Origin: Gammaproteobacteria bacterium
Lineage (GTDB): Bacteria > Pseudomonadota > Gammaproteobacteria > Steroidobacterales > Foliamicaceae
Direction of reading: 5' to 3'
DNA length: 64,000 nucleotides
Assembly: GCA_009838035.1 (NCBI GenBank)
Contig: VXSK01000020.1
Span: forward strand, 875 to 64,874
Within the stretch, counting starts at the first letter, position 1, and every line of letters starts with the position of its first letter. Below are positions 49,135 through 57,619 of the stretch, one piece after another. The notes beneath the pieces are model-generated. The model saw nothing but the letters and a program-made list of their open reading frames with translations, had not been told where the DNA came from and did no database searches. The translations under genes were made by a program, and so were the position numbers.

Positions 49135-50889
49135 CTACATGCTCCTCGGGGCGGATACGCCCAGCAATCCCAGTCCGTTGCGCAGGACCTGGCCGCTGGC
49201 CTGCGCCAGCAGCAGCCGCGCACGGCGCAGGCCGGGTTCGGCGTCCAGAACCTTGCAGTGGTTGTACCAGCCGTGGAATGCCTGCGCTACGCCGACCAGG
49301 TAATGCGCCAGCACCTGCGGGGCCCGCTGCACGGCTGCCTGCTCCACGGTTTCGGGCAGCCGCGCCAGCGCCAGCATCAGGTCGATCTCCCGCGGGTGCT
49401 CAAGCAGGCCGGCGTGTTCCTCGCCCTGATCCGGGCTGAAGCCGATCCCCCGCGCGCGCATCTTTTCGAACAGGCTGGCAACGCGCGCGTGGGCGTATTG
49501 AACGTAGTAAACCGGATTGTCGTTGGACTGCTTCCTGGCCAGATCGAGGTCGAAATCAAGATGCTGTTCTCCTGCCCGGGATACGTAGAAGAAACGCGCC
49601 GCGTCCACGCCGGCTTCCTCGCGCAGGTTCCGCAGGGTCTCGAACTCGCCGCCGCGGGTGGACATCGCCACCCGTTCACCGCCGCGGTAGAGGGCCACGA
49701 ACTGCACCAGCCGGACCTCCAGGCTCGAGGGCGGTTCGCCCAGCGCCTCAAGGCCGGCCCGCACGCGGCCGACATAGCCGTGATGGTCCGCGCCGAGCAC
49801 GTCGAGCAGCACGTCCGCGCCACGCTTGCGCTTGCCGTAATGATAGGCGATGTCGGACGCGAAATAGGTGCTGCGGCCATCGGCCCGAACCACCACGCGG
49901 TCCTTCTCGTCGCCGTATTTCTCCGCGGGAAACCACAGGGCGCCGTCGCTCCGGTAGGTGACGCCGGCGAGTTTTTCCAGGCAGGCGTCGATTTCTCCGC
50001 CCGTCACCATTTCGCGCTCGGACTGCCAGTGATCGAATCGCACGCCGAACTGCTCAAGATCGTCGCGAATATCGTCCAGCACCCATTCGCCGGCCAGGCG
50101 CCCGATATCGGCAAACAGTTCGTCGCCCAGCGTCTCGCGCGCGGCGACAATGAGCGCGTCCACGTATGCGTCCGCGTCCTTGCCGTTCGCCGGTTCCCCC
50201 TGCTGCCCGGCCGAATCGCCGCTCGCGCTGCGTCTGGCGGCTTCGGCGGCCTCGGGCAGTTCGCGGGTCATGCGGGAGGAGAGTTCGGCAACGTACTCGC
50301 CACGATAGGCGCCCGAAGGGAAAGTTTCTTCGCCACCGGCCTGTTGCACCATCCGCAGCCATACCGAAAGGCCCAGCACGGCCAGTTGCCGCCCGGCATC
50401 GTTGACGTAGTACTCGCGCCAGACTTCGTGACCGGTCGCCTCAAGGAGGCGCGCCAGGCAGTCGCCGATCGCCGCGTGGCGGCCGTGCCCCACATGCAGG
50501 GGCCCGGTGGGATTGGCGGACACGAACTCCACCAGCACCTTCCGGCCCGCGCCGAGATCGCAGGACCCATAGGCATCGCCGTCCGCAACGATGCGGACGA
50601 GTTCGGACTGCAGCGCGCCGGGGTCCAGCCATATGTTGATGAACCCGGGCCCGGCGGTCTCGACGCGCCCGATCAGCGAATGCCGCGAAAGCCCGGCAGC
50701 AATCTCTTCGGCAATATCGGCGGCCGGCCGCTTGAGCCTGCCGGCAAGCTGCATCGCGGCGCTGGAGGCATAGTGCCCATTGCGCGCGTCCCGGGCCTGC
50801 TCCAGTCCGGCGTATCGAAGGCTGTCGGCGTGGTCCCCGGCAACCGAAAGCAGGGCTTGGTCAAGTAGGATGCTAAGAGCTTTCTTCAT
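49135..50889 (-). CDS. argS: Arginine--tRNA ligase
   Basis: Class I HIGH motif (SANPTGPLHVGHGR) and the MSTR variant of KMSKS (VAMSTRGG). 584 aa. Confidence 0.97.
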   Translation of the reverse strand: MKKALSILLDQALLSVAGDHADSLRYAGLEQARDARNGHYASSAAMQLAGRLKRPAADIAEEIAAGLSRHSLIGRVETAGPGFINIWLDPGALQSELVRIVADGDAYGSCDLGAGRKVLVEFVSANPTGPLHVGHGRHAAIGDCLARLLEATGHEVWREYYVNDAGRQLAVLGLSVWLRMVQQAGGEETFPSGAYRGEYVAELSSRMTRELPEAAEAARRSASGDSAGQQGEPANGKDADAYVDALIVAARETLGDELFADIGRLAGEWVLDDIRDDLEQFGVRFDHWQSEREMVTGGEIDACLEKLAGVTYRSDGALWFPAEKYGDEKDRVVVRADGRSTYFASDIAYHYGKRKRGADVLLDVLGADHHGYVGRVRAGLEALGEPPSSLEVRLVQFVALYRGGERVAMSTRGGEFETLRNLREEAGVDAARFFYVSRAGEQHLDFDLDLARKQSNDNPVYYVQYAHARVASLFEKMRARGIGFSPDQGEEHAGLLEHPREIDLMLALARLPETVEQAAVQRAPQVLAHYLVGVAQAFHGWYNHCKVLDAEPGLRRARLLLAQASGQVLRNGLGLLGVSAPRSM

Positions 50890-50999
50890 TGCCGGGCCGC
50901 AGTGAATTTTATGCTTTGCCGGAAGCGACGGCAGTGCCAGCGCGGGGTAACAGGCAAGCCTGGCCGTTGATTCTTATAGGGAGGTGTTCCATAAGCACT

Positions 51000-51593
51000 T
51001 TGCCGGGCGGTCGCAGCGACAACATCGTCAACCTGGCTTCACGCGACAGGCCGGGTCGAAGGCGGCTGGTCAAGAATCTGTTCGACCGGCATGCCCGGGC
51101 CCTGCGCCTGTTCCTGCTGGGGCGGGCGGTTCCGCAGGACCGGGTCGAGGACCTCTTGCAGGAACTCTTCGCGCGGCTGATGGAAGTCGAGCAACTGGAA
51201 GAAAAGATGTCCGACGCAACCGGAAGCAATCGTTCCTATCTCCTGACGATGGCCAACAACCTCATCGTGGACCGGCAGCGCAGGTTGCGAGTGCGCAGCA
51301 ACTACGCGGCGGCGCAGCGGGCAATCGAAAGCGAACAGATGGATGAGCACACGCCCGAGAGGATCGTCGCGGCGCAATTGGAACTGGAGGCCATCAAGGC
51401 CGTCATCAGGAACATGCGCCTGAATTGGAGAGTGGCGCTTGTACTGCAGCGCTATCGCAACATGAGCTATGCGGAAATTGCGCTGCACATGGGGGTGACG
51501 GAGAAGCAGGTCGAGAACTACATCGTGCGGGCCATGCGGCGCGTCCGCAAAGCCAGGCGGAAGATCAGGGCCGCGGGAGAAAGATCGTGCTGA
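51000..51593 (+). CDS. ECF (FecI-like) RNA polymerase sigma factor, cassette 1 (start unresolved)
   Basis: Region 2 VEDLLQELFARLM...SYLLTMANNLIVDRQRR and region 4 HTH MSYAEIALHMGVTEKQVENYIVRAMRRVRKA. There is no in-frame ATG. Candidate starts are TTG 51000, ATA 50991 (6 nt after GGGAGG) and CTG 51033. Confidence 0.8.
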   Translation: MPGGRSDNIVNLASRDRPGRRRLVKNLFDRHARALRLFLLGRAVPQDRVEDLLQELFARLMEVEQLEEKMSDATGSNRSYLLTMANNLIVDRQRRLRVRSNYAAAQRAIESEQMDEHTPERIVAAQLELEAIKAVIRNMRLNWRVALVLQRYRNMSYAEIALHMGVTEKQVENYIVRAMRRVRKARRKIRAAGERSC

Positions 51594-52636
51594 AGAGCCT
51601 CCAGGAGATTTTGCGCGGCGACGTGGAGCACGCGTTGCTGCACCTTTGGTCCGAACGGTTGTCGGAGGCCAATGCGGCCGCGATTCGCAACCGTGTGCGA
51701 AGCGATCCGAAGTACCGGGAAGCGTTCGACGGTTCTCTTGAGGTGCTCGCTTCAATGGAGGGATTGGCGGACGATGACGAGATCGGGGAGATGGTCCTGG
51801 AATACCGGCGCCTGATCCAGGAGCGCAGGGCGAAACGCAGTGCGGCCCTGGGAGTGGCCGCCGGCGTGATCGTGGCAATTGGCGCCGCCGTGCTTTATTT
51901 CGCGCTTTGGAGCGCGCCGGACGACAGCCACCTCGAGAAGTACTTCACCCGCGTCGGGGAACAGCAGACCATAGAACTGAACGACGGAAGCGTTGTGACG
52001 CTGAATACCGGCGGTCAGTTGGTGGTGGACTACAACGAGCGGGAACGGAGAATTCTCCTGGAGCGTGGCGAAGCCTATTTCGAAGTCGAGCGCGACCCCG
52101 GCCGTCCTTTTACGGTGGAACTCGGAGTCCGCTCCGTCACCGCGATCGGCACGGCGTTCAATATCCGCAAGCATCCGCAGCAGTACCAGGTGGCCGTGAT
52201 CGAGGGCGCGGTTTCCCTGCATGAGTTGGCGGATGCCGCGCGCGCTTCGCCTCCGCCCATCTCCGCGGATGGCGAGGCGGTGGTCATACCCGCGCGCTCC
52301 GGGCACCTCCTGGAGGAAGGCTGGGTGGCCGAGTTCGATGTAAGCCGGAATGAGATCAGGGCGTTTCGGCCGGAGACCATGGAACGGTACGAGGGTTGGC
52401 GCAGCGGAATGCTGAGCTTCTACCGGGAGCCGCTGTTCCAGGTGGTCCAGGAGTTGAACCGCTACTCGCGCAGAAAAATCCTGATTGAAGATTCCGCGGT
52501 CATGGACCTGACCGTCTATACGGCCCTGAGCGTGTATGAGATCGATTCCGCGCTCGACGGCCTGGAGAAGCTGCTGCCGATCGAAGTCAGGCGGCACTAC
52601 GACCGGATCGTGATTACCGGCTCGGAAGGCCGGTAA
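51587..52636 (+). CDS. FecR-family transmembrane anti-sigma factor, cassette 1
   Basis: The GTG at 51587 overlaps the sigma stop (GTGCTGA). Cytoplasmic anti-sigma domain, TM helix AALGVAAGVIVAIGAAVLYFALW, FecR domain (LNDGSVVTLNTGG...EAYFEV...FTV) and a C-terminal TBDR-contact domain. Confidence 0.85.
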   Translation: MLKSLQEILRGDVEHALLHLWSERLSEANAAAIRNRVRSDPKYREAFDGSLEVLASMEGLADDDEIGEMVLEYRRLIQERRAKRSAALGVAAGVIVAIGAAVLYFALWSAPDDSHLEKYFTRVGEQQTIELNDGSVVTLNTGGQLVVDYNERERRILLERGEAYFEVERDPGRPFTVELGVRSVTAIGTAFNIRKHPQQYQVAVIEGAVSLHELADAARASPPPISADGEAVVIPARSGHLLEEGWVAEFDVSRNEIRAFRPETMERYEGWRSGMLSFYREPLFQVVQELNRYSRRKILIEDSAVMDLTVYTALSVYEIDSALDGLEKLLPIEVRRHYDRIVITGSEGR

Positions 52637-52665
52637 ATCAACAAGACGATCCAAAGGTGGGGACC

Positions 52666-55600
52666 ATGAACAGAACTTTGGGAAACATCAAGACGACGGC
52701 GCTGCCGGCAGTGGCCACTGTTGTGCTGGCGCTCGCGGGAGCAGCCACGTCGGCTCAGTCCGAGGAAACGCTGACGCTGGATATCGAGCCGCAAAAGGCC
52801 GGCCCGGCGCTGGTAAGCCTGGCCAGATCCTCGGGCGTGCAGATCATGCTTACCGAGGGAGACGGACAAGAGGTTGAAGTCGACGGCTTGAAGGGCGAAT
52901 ACCGGTTTGAGGAAGCCCTGGCCGCCATGTTGACCAACACCGGCCTCGAATACGAGTTCGCCTCCGAAAACGTCGTGCTCGTGCAACAGGCGCAGGAGGG
53001 CGAGGACGCCGACTCCGATGCGGCTGCCGAAGAGCCCGCTGTGGAGGAAGAAGAAGAGCCGCTGGAACTGGAGAAACAGGTTGTGACCGGCTCCCGCCTG
53101 GTGGGTGGCGACCCGACCGCCAGGATATACAGCTACACGGCCGAGGACATCGCGGCCCGCGGCGTGTCCACGCTGGAGGAGTTCTTCCGCACCCTGCCGT
53201 GGACCTATCCGTCCATCACCACGCAGACCAACACCAGTCTGCATTTTGATGGCTCCGATCAGGACGAAGAGTACATCGAGTTGGGGCTGGGCATCTCCAC
53301 GGTCAACCTGCGGAACATGGGCTCGGCCAATACGCTCGTGCTGATGAACGGCCGGCGAATTGCCGGCGCCGGGCAGGAGGACGACTTCGCCAACGTTCTT
53401 AACGTTCCGCTCTCGGCCATCGAGCGCGTGGATATCCAGTTGGACGGCGCTTCGGCGGTATACGGATCCGACGCCATCGGCGGCGTGGTGAACTTCATCA
53501 CCAAGAGGAACTACTCCGGCCTGTCGCTGGACTACCGCCAAGAATTCAGTTCCACCGATGCGAACCAGAACACAGCCAGCATTACGGGCGGGTATGCATG
53601 GGGCAGCGGCAATGTTACCGCCATCGTTTCGCGCGATACCTCCGATCCGATTACCAACGCCAAGACCGGGCTAACCACGCTTGATTTTCGGCCAAGGCTG
53701 GGCCCGGAATTCGATCTTCGCAGCTATACGATCGGTCAGCCCGGCGTGGTGTGTGAATTCGAGGCCCCTTCGTGGGCGCCCACGTTTTACCGGTGCGTGC
53801 GCAACGGGCCCCGTTATCAGCTTCCCGCAAACCACAGCGGTGCGGGCGCCACGGTGGACGACTTCATCGTTTTCGCTCGCACAGACCCGTCTCCTATCCC
53901 CTATGACTCGCTCTTGCCGCAAAATGGCGAGGAATCGACAACGGACTCGTTCACCGTCAATTTCGAACAATACTTGACGGACGATCTACGGGTGTACGCG
54001 GATCTTGCCTACTCCAAACGCGAGTCATACCAGGAGCACGCCCCGCGGATTGTGGGCGTTATCCCGGTACCGTCCACCAACGCCTACAACCCCTTTGGTC
54101 GCCCCATGCTGGTGCAATACGCGGCGATTCGGGAGTTTCAGGAAGGTCAGCTTCCCCCACATTTCACGGAAGCGGTAAGCGAAAAGCGTGACCTGAACTT
54201 CGGAGCGATCTGGCAATTCGCCGACTCGCATGAACTCAGTCTGGACGTCACGCGCACCAAATCGGAACGGGAGGTATACCGGCTGCAGGCACGCGGACGA
54301 CGCGAGCAATGGGATCCAACGGCCAACGCCTATTACGACGCATTGTCGAGTTCCGACCCGAGCCGTGCCTTCAACTTTTTCGGTAACGGCGAGGCCCAGG
54401 TGGCCTCGTTCGATGGGTTTCTGACCACCACCCAAGGCCCCATTACAGGGGACAGCGAAACCCGTCAGTACAACCTCACGCTGCGAGGCAGCCTGTTCGA
54501 CATGTGGGGCGGGCGGGCTGCGTACTCGGCCGGCGCGGAATATCGCGAGAACATCATCTTCCAGACCCGGACCTTTACCACCTCTTCGTCGGGACGACTC
54601 TCTCTGAACATGGAGGACAGCGGATCGAGAATCGGCGTGGACCGGCCGTCCCGCGAGATTTCCGCTTACTATGCCGAACTGGCCCTGCCGCTGATCGGTC
54701 GGGAAAACTCACGTCCCGGCGTACATTCCCTGATCCTCAGCCTCCAGGCCCGGCACGACAAGAACGAGTCTACGGGCTCCGCCTACATCGGAACGCGAGG
54801 GGCCTACCTGAGTTTTGAGTTCCTGGATCCACTGCCGGTTCCCTACTGGCACCCGGAAGACGGTTGGCTGATATATCAACAGCGCCAGTGGGCCTTCCAC
54901 TACGCTGACGTGGTGCACGATTTCAACTACACGACCACGAAACAAACCCGGACCAGCCCGAGCGTGGGCCTGCGTTATCAGCCGGTTGAGAGTTTAATAA
55001 TGCGCACCCGCTGGACGCGCGCCTTCCGCGCGCCGGTGTGGTCCGATCAGTTCCAGACCTGCATTGATCCGCCTCCGGATTCCTTCTGCTCGCCGGATAC
55101 GCGATTCAGGACCAGCTTCAGTGGCGTGGATCCGTACCATCCGGATGGCCCGACTGAATTCTCCCTGCCTTTTGGAAGTGTCATCCGGCAGGTGTACAAC
55201 ACGGACCTGAAGAACGAGTATTCCGACACGTATTCCGTGGGCTTTGAATGGAATGCGTTGACGATTCCCGGGCTGAAATGGACGGTCGACTGGTCCAAGA
55301 CCGACTTCTCCAACCGCATCGAAGATGGTGTCGAAGTGGCGTTCATGGCGCAGCTACGCCCCGAATTGATCATGAATCATCCGCAAGTGGTCACCCGCGA
55401 CGCAAACGGCGAAATCGAGTCGATGCTCTTCCTTCCGATCAATCTCAACGAGAAATACAGCGAACTGATCGACACCAGCCTGCAATACACAATTGACACG
55501 AGATTCGGCAGCTTCACGCCGGGAATCGCTTACACGCGCGTCCTGGCGGACCGCGTACAAGTCGGTCCCACGGAGGATAGCCGGCTTGAATTCGAAGGAA

Positions 55601-55983
55601 CGATGAACGGACCTGACGAGTACCAACTGGAAGGCTCGCTGAGTTGGCTGTGGAACCAGTATGCCGCCAGCGTGTTCGTGTACTACACGCCTTCGTACGT
55701 CAACGACCGCGCAGCCTACTGCAGCAGCGCACGCCAGAACGTTCCCAACAGCCGTTGCGCCGCGATTCCCTGGGAATGGTTGAGTATCGACGTGGGCTCG
55801 CTGACCACGGTGGATCTGACGTTCACCTACCTCATGGACAATGGACTGCGCATCCGGGTCGGGGGCCGCAACATCCTTGACAGGGCCGCCCCGCCAAACG
55901 TGTTCGGCGGCCTACCGTACGATCCGACCCGCTGGGACGCGCGCGGGCAGGTGTTCTTCGTCGACCTGAACTGGGAGATATAG
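52666..55983 (+). CDS. TonB-dependent transducer with N-terminal STN signalling domain, cassette 1 (about 1105 aa)
   Basis: Signal peptide, STN domain (LDIEPQKAGPALVSLARSSGVQIM...LVQQ), acidic linker, plug (QVVTGSRLVGGDP; LDGASAVYGSDAIGGVVNFITKRNY) and a large barrel. Ends DLNWEI. Confidence 0.9.
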   Translation: MNRTLGNIKTTALPAVATVVLALAGAATSAQSEETLTLDIEPQKAGPALVSLARSSGVQIMLTEGDGQEVEVDGLKGEYRFEEALAAMLTNTGLEYEFASENVVLVQQAQEGEDADSDAAAEEPAVEEEEEPLELEKQVVTGSRLVGGDPTARIYSYTAEDIAARGVSTLEEFFRTLPWTYPSITTQTNTSLHFDGSDQDEEYIELGLGISTVNLRNMGSANTLVLMNGRRIAGAGQEDDFANVLNVPLSAIERVDIQLDGASAVYGSDAIGGVVNFITKRNYSGLSLDYRQEFSSTDANQNTASITGGYAWGSGNVTAIVSRDTSDPITNAKTGLTTLDFRPRLGPEFDLRSYTIGQPGVVCEFEAPSWAPTFYRCVRNGPRYQLPANHSGAGATVDDFIVFARTDPSPIPYDSLLPQNGEESTTDSFTVNFEQYLTDDLRVYADLAYSKRESYQEHAPRIVGVIPVPSTNAYNPFGRPMLVQYAAIREFQEGQLPPHFTEAVSEKRDLNFGAIWQFADSHELSLDVTRTKSEREVYRLQARGRREQWDPTANAYYDALSSSDPSRAFNFFGNGEAQVASFDGFLTTTQGPITGDSETRQYNLTLRGSLFDMWGGRAAYSAGAEYRENIIFQTRTFTTSSSGRLSLNMEDSGSRIGVDRPSREISAYYAELALPLIGRENSRPGVHSLILSLQARHDKNESTGSAYIGTRGAYLSFEFLDPLPVPYWHPEDGWLIYQQRQWAFHYADVVHDFNYTTTKQTRTSPSVGLRYQPVESLIMRTRWTRAFRAPVWSDQFQTCIDPPPDSFCSPDTRFRTSFSGVDPYHPDGPTEFSLPFGSVIRQVYNTDLKNEYSDTYSVGFEWNALTIPGLKWTVDWSKTDFSNRIEDGVEVAFMAQLRPELIMNHPQVVTRDANGEIESMLFLPINLNEKYSELIDTSLQYTIDTRFGSFTPGIAYTRVLADRVQVGPTEDSRLEFEGTMNGPDEYQLEGSLSWLWNQYAASVFVYYTPSYVNDRAAYCSSARQNVPNSRCAAIPWEWLSIDVGSLTTVDLTFTYLMDNGLRIRVGGRNILDRAAPPNVFGGLPYDPTRWDARGQVFFVDLNWEI

Positions 55984-55992
55984 ACCTCTTTC

Positions 55993-56029
55993 ATCGCCGG
56001 TTCCGATCCCGTGCGGGGGGACCGGCGAT
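55993..56029 (+). terminator. GC-rich hairpin after TBDR 1 (ATCGCCGGT-N19-ACCGGCGAT with inner CCCG/CGGG pairing)
   Basis: Read directly. Begins 10 nt after the stop. No U-tract. Confidence 0.35.
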
Positions 56030-56136
56030 CCCGGGAGCGAGTGCGCCGGCCTCCGGCAGCGGGCGGGCCTATTGTCCCGGGCTCAGTATTGGCGCCTCGC
56101 TCCCGGCTCTTTTCCGCAACTCCGACTTGCCTGTAT

Positions 56137-56517
56137 TCACGCCGCCAGCGTGCGCACGTCATAGCGGCGGATACGGGCATCCCGCGTAACGAGGATCAAA
56201 TTTTCGCATTGCGCCTGGGCGATAAGGAACCGGTCGAACGGGTCGCGGTGATGCATGGGGAGACGCCCTGCCTGCTCCGCGTGCTGGAAGGACAAGGGCA
56301 GATGCGTGAAGCCTCGTTCCGTAACCATCGTCCCCAGATTGTCGGGCGCCGTAATCCGGCCCTTCGCGCGTTTGACGGCAATCTCCCAGCCGGAAATCGC
56401 GCTGACGAGGACTTCATTGCGAGGGTCGGCAATTCCGTCGTGCGCGAGTTGGGTCAATTGAGGAACGTCCGACAGCCACCATATGAATGCATGCGTGTCC
56501 AGCAACAGGCGCTGCAT
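56137..56517 (-). CDS. vapC: Type II toxin VapC (PIN-domain ribonuclease)
   Basis: LLLDTHAFIWW N-terminus, SAISGWEIAVK, HRDPFDRFLIAQA and the ILVTRD C-terminus. This is the classic PIN toxin pattern. Confidence 0.85.
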   Translation of the reverse strand: MQRLLLDTHAFIWWLSDVPQLTQLAHDGIADPRNEVLVSAISGWEIAVKRAKGRITAPDNLGTMVTERGFTHLPLSFQHAEQAGRLPMHHRDPFDRFLIAQAQCENLILVTRDARIRRYDVRTLAA

Positions 56518-56771
56518 TATCGATCCGAGTCCGGGAAAACCTTCGAGTTCTCTATCGCCTCCGTGAGCTCTTCGTCTTCCTCGTCGAAGTCGGGAGAAAT
56601 CCAGATGCGGCCTTCCAGCCCACCGGATTTTCGTGGCTCCAGGGATTCACGATACGGCGTCAGACGCAACCAGGCCTCCCCCGCTCGGGCGATTACGATT
56701 TCCTCGCCTTCCCAGGCCAGCTTGCCCAGTTTCGAGAGTTGCGATTTCGCTTCGTGCATGTTCACTTTCAT
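56517..56771 (-). CDS. Type II antitoxin, Phd/YefM family
   Basis: MKVNMHEAKSQLSKLGKLAWEGEEIVIARAGE is the Phd/YefM N-terminal pattern. The stop overlaps the vapC ATG by 1 nt (TAATG). Confidence 0.75.
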   Translation of the reverse strand: MKVNMHEAKSQLSKLGKLAWEGEEIVIARAGEAWLRLTPYRESLEPRKSGGLEGRIWISPDFDEEDEELTEAIENSKVFPDSDR

Positions 56772-56783
56772 GGCGGCGGCCTT

Positions 56784-56797
56784 GCATTAGCTAATGC
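56784..56797. promoter_or_regulatory. Perfect 14-bp palindrome GCATTAGCTAATGC upstream of the Phd/YefM antitoxin gene (candidate TA operator)
   Basis: Read directly. It lies 13 nt upstream of the antitoxin ATG at 56771. Confidence 0.4.
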
Positions 56798-56852
56798 GGG
56801 CTAAGTCTGACGAGCCGTCACGAAATTGTCAAGGCGCATTTCGTGCCTCTTT

Positions 56853-57515
56853 GTGCGCAATTCCCGCCAATTCAGAGAAAGGAGTATTCTTGGGGAGTCG
56901 ATCGGGATCGGGAGGAGACCCATCAACACCGCTTTCAAGCGCGGTCAAGACAATGTCATCGACCTGGCATCGCACGGGCGGCCGGAGCGAAGGCGTCTGG
57001 TCGAGCGGCTATTCGGCGAGCACGCGCATGCGCTTCGGGTGTTCCTCAAGGGGCGGCTGGTTCCGCCGGACGAGATCGAAGACCTTGTGCAGGAATTGTT
57101 CGTCCGGCTGATGAAAGTGAAACGGCTGGAGGAGAAGATGTCCGCCTCCTCCGGCAGCAACCGCTCCTACCTCCTGACCATGGCCAACAACATGGTTGTC
57201 GACCAGCAGCGAAAGGCGAGCATCCGCAGCAACTATGCCGCCCGGCAGAAGGGAGTTCCGGGCGATCACATTGATGAGCGGACACCCGAGGAAATCGTTG
57301 CGGCGCAACTGGAGCTGGAAGCCATGCGGGCCGTCATCCTGGCGATGCGCCCCAGCTGGCGGCAGGCCTTCGTGCTTCACCGTTTCCGCAACATGAGCTA
57401 CGAAGATATCGCCCTGCACATGGGCATGACCGTCAAGCAGGTCGAGAACTGCATCGCCCAGGCGATGAAGCGAATCCGCAAGGCCCGCCGCAGGATCGAA
57501 TCCGCCGGAACATGA
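56853..57515 (+). CDS. ECF (FecI-like) RNA polymerase sigma factor, cassette 2 (start unresolved)
   Basis: Paralogue of the 51000-51593 gene (IEDLVQELFVRLM...SYLLTMANNMVVDQQRK...MSYEDIALHMGMTVKQVENCIAQAMKRIRKA). There is no in-frame ATG. Candidate starts are TTG 56826, GTG 56853, ATC 56922 (6 nt after GGGAGG) and CTG 56964. Confidence 0.8.
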   Translation: MRNSRQFRERSILGESIGIGRRPINTAFKRGQDNVIDLASHGRPERRRLVERLFGEHAHALRVFLKGRLVPPDEIEDLVQELFVRLMKVKRLEEKMSASSGSNRSYLLTMANNMVVDQQRKASIRSNYAARQKGVPGDHIDERTPEEIVAAQLELEAMRAVILAMRPSWRQAFVLHRFRNMSYEDIALHMGMTVKQVENCIAQAMKRIRKARRRIESAGT

Positions 57516-57526
57516 TCCTTCCGGGA

Positions 57527-57545
57527 GTGGGGGCATCGCCCCCAC
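57527..57545 (+). promoter_or_regulatory. Perfect 8-bp GC hairpin GTGGGGGC-ATC-GCCCCCAC between the sigma and anti-sigma genes of cassette 2
   Basis: Read directly. It lies 12 nt after the sigma stop, within a 104-nt spacer that cassette 1 does not have. Confidence 0.35.
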
Positions 57546-57619
57546 GGCGTCCCGCCCTCGCTCGAAGGAAGACTCAGGGAAATTTCGTGCTGGCACGTTA
57601 ATTGCATTGGAGAGCTTGC

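Noticed and set aside
48510-49223. The 592-aa ORF (47445-49223) as a single protein
   Set aside because: Its N-terminal approximately 240 aa overlap the SPOR-domain gene and the argS 3' end in another frame and are Arg/Gly-rich. The PLP-enzyme homology starts just after 48509, where a TTG follows the SPOR stop.
50890-50990. Fur box search upstream of sigma 1, and likewise 56772-56921 upstream of sigma 2
   Set aside because: The best matches (GTGAATTTTATGC, TTGATTCTTATAG) share only about half their positions with the GATAATGATAATCATTATC consensus. I do not call a Fur site.
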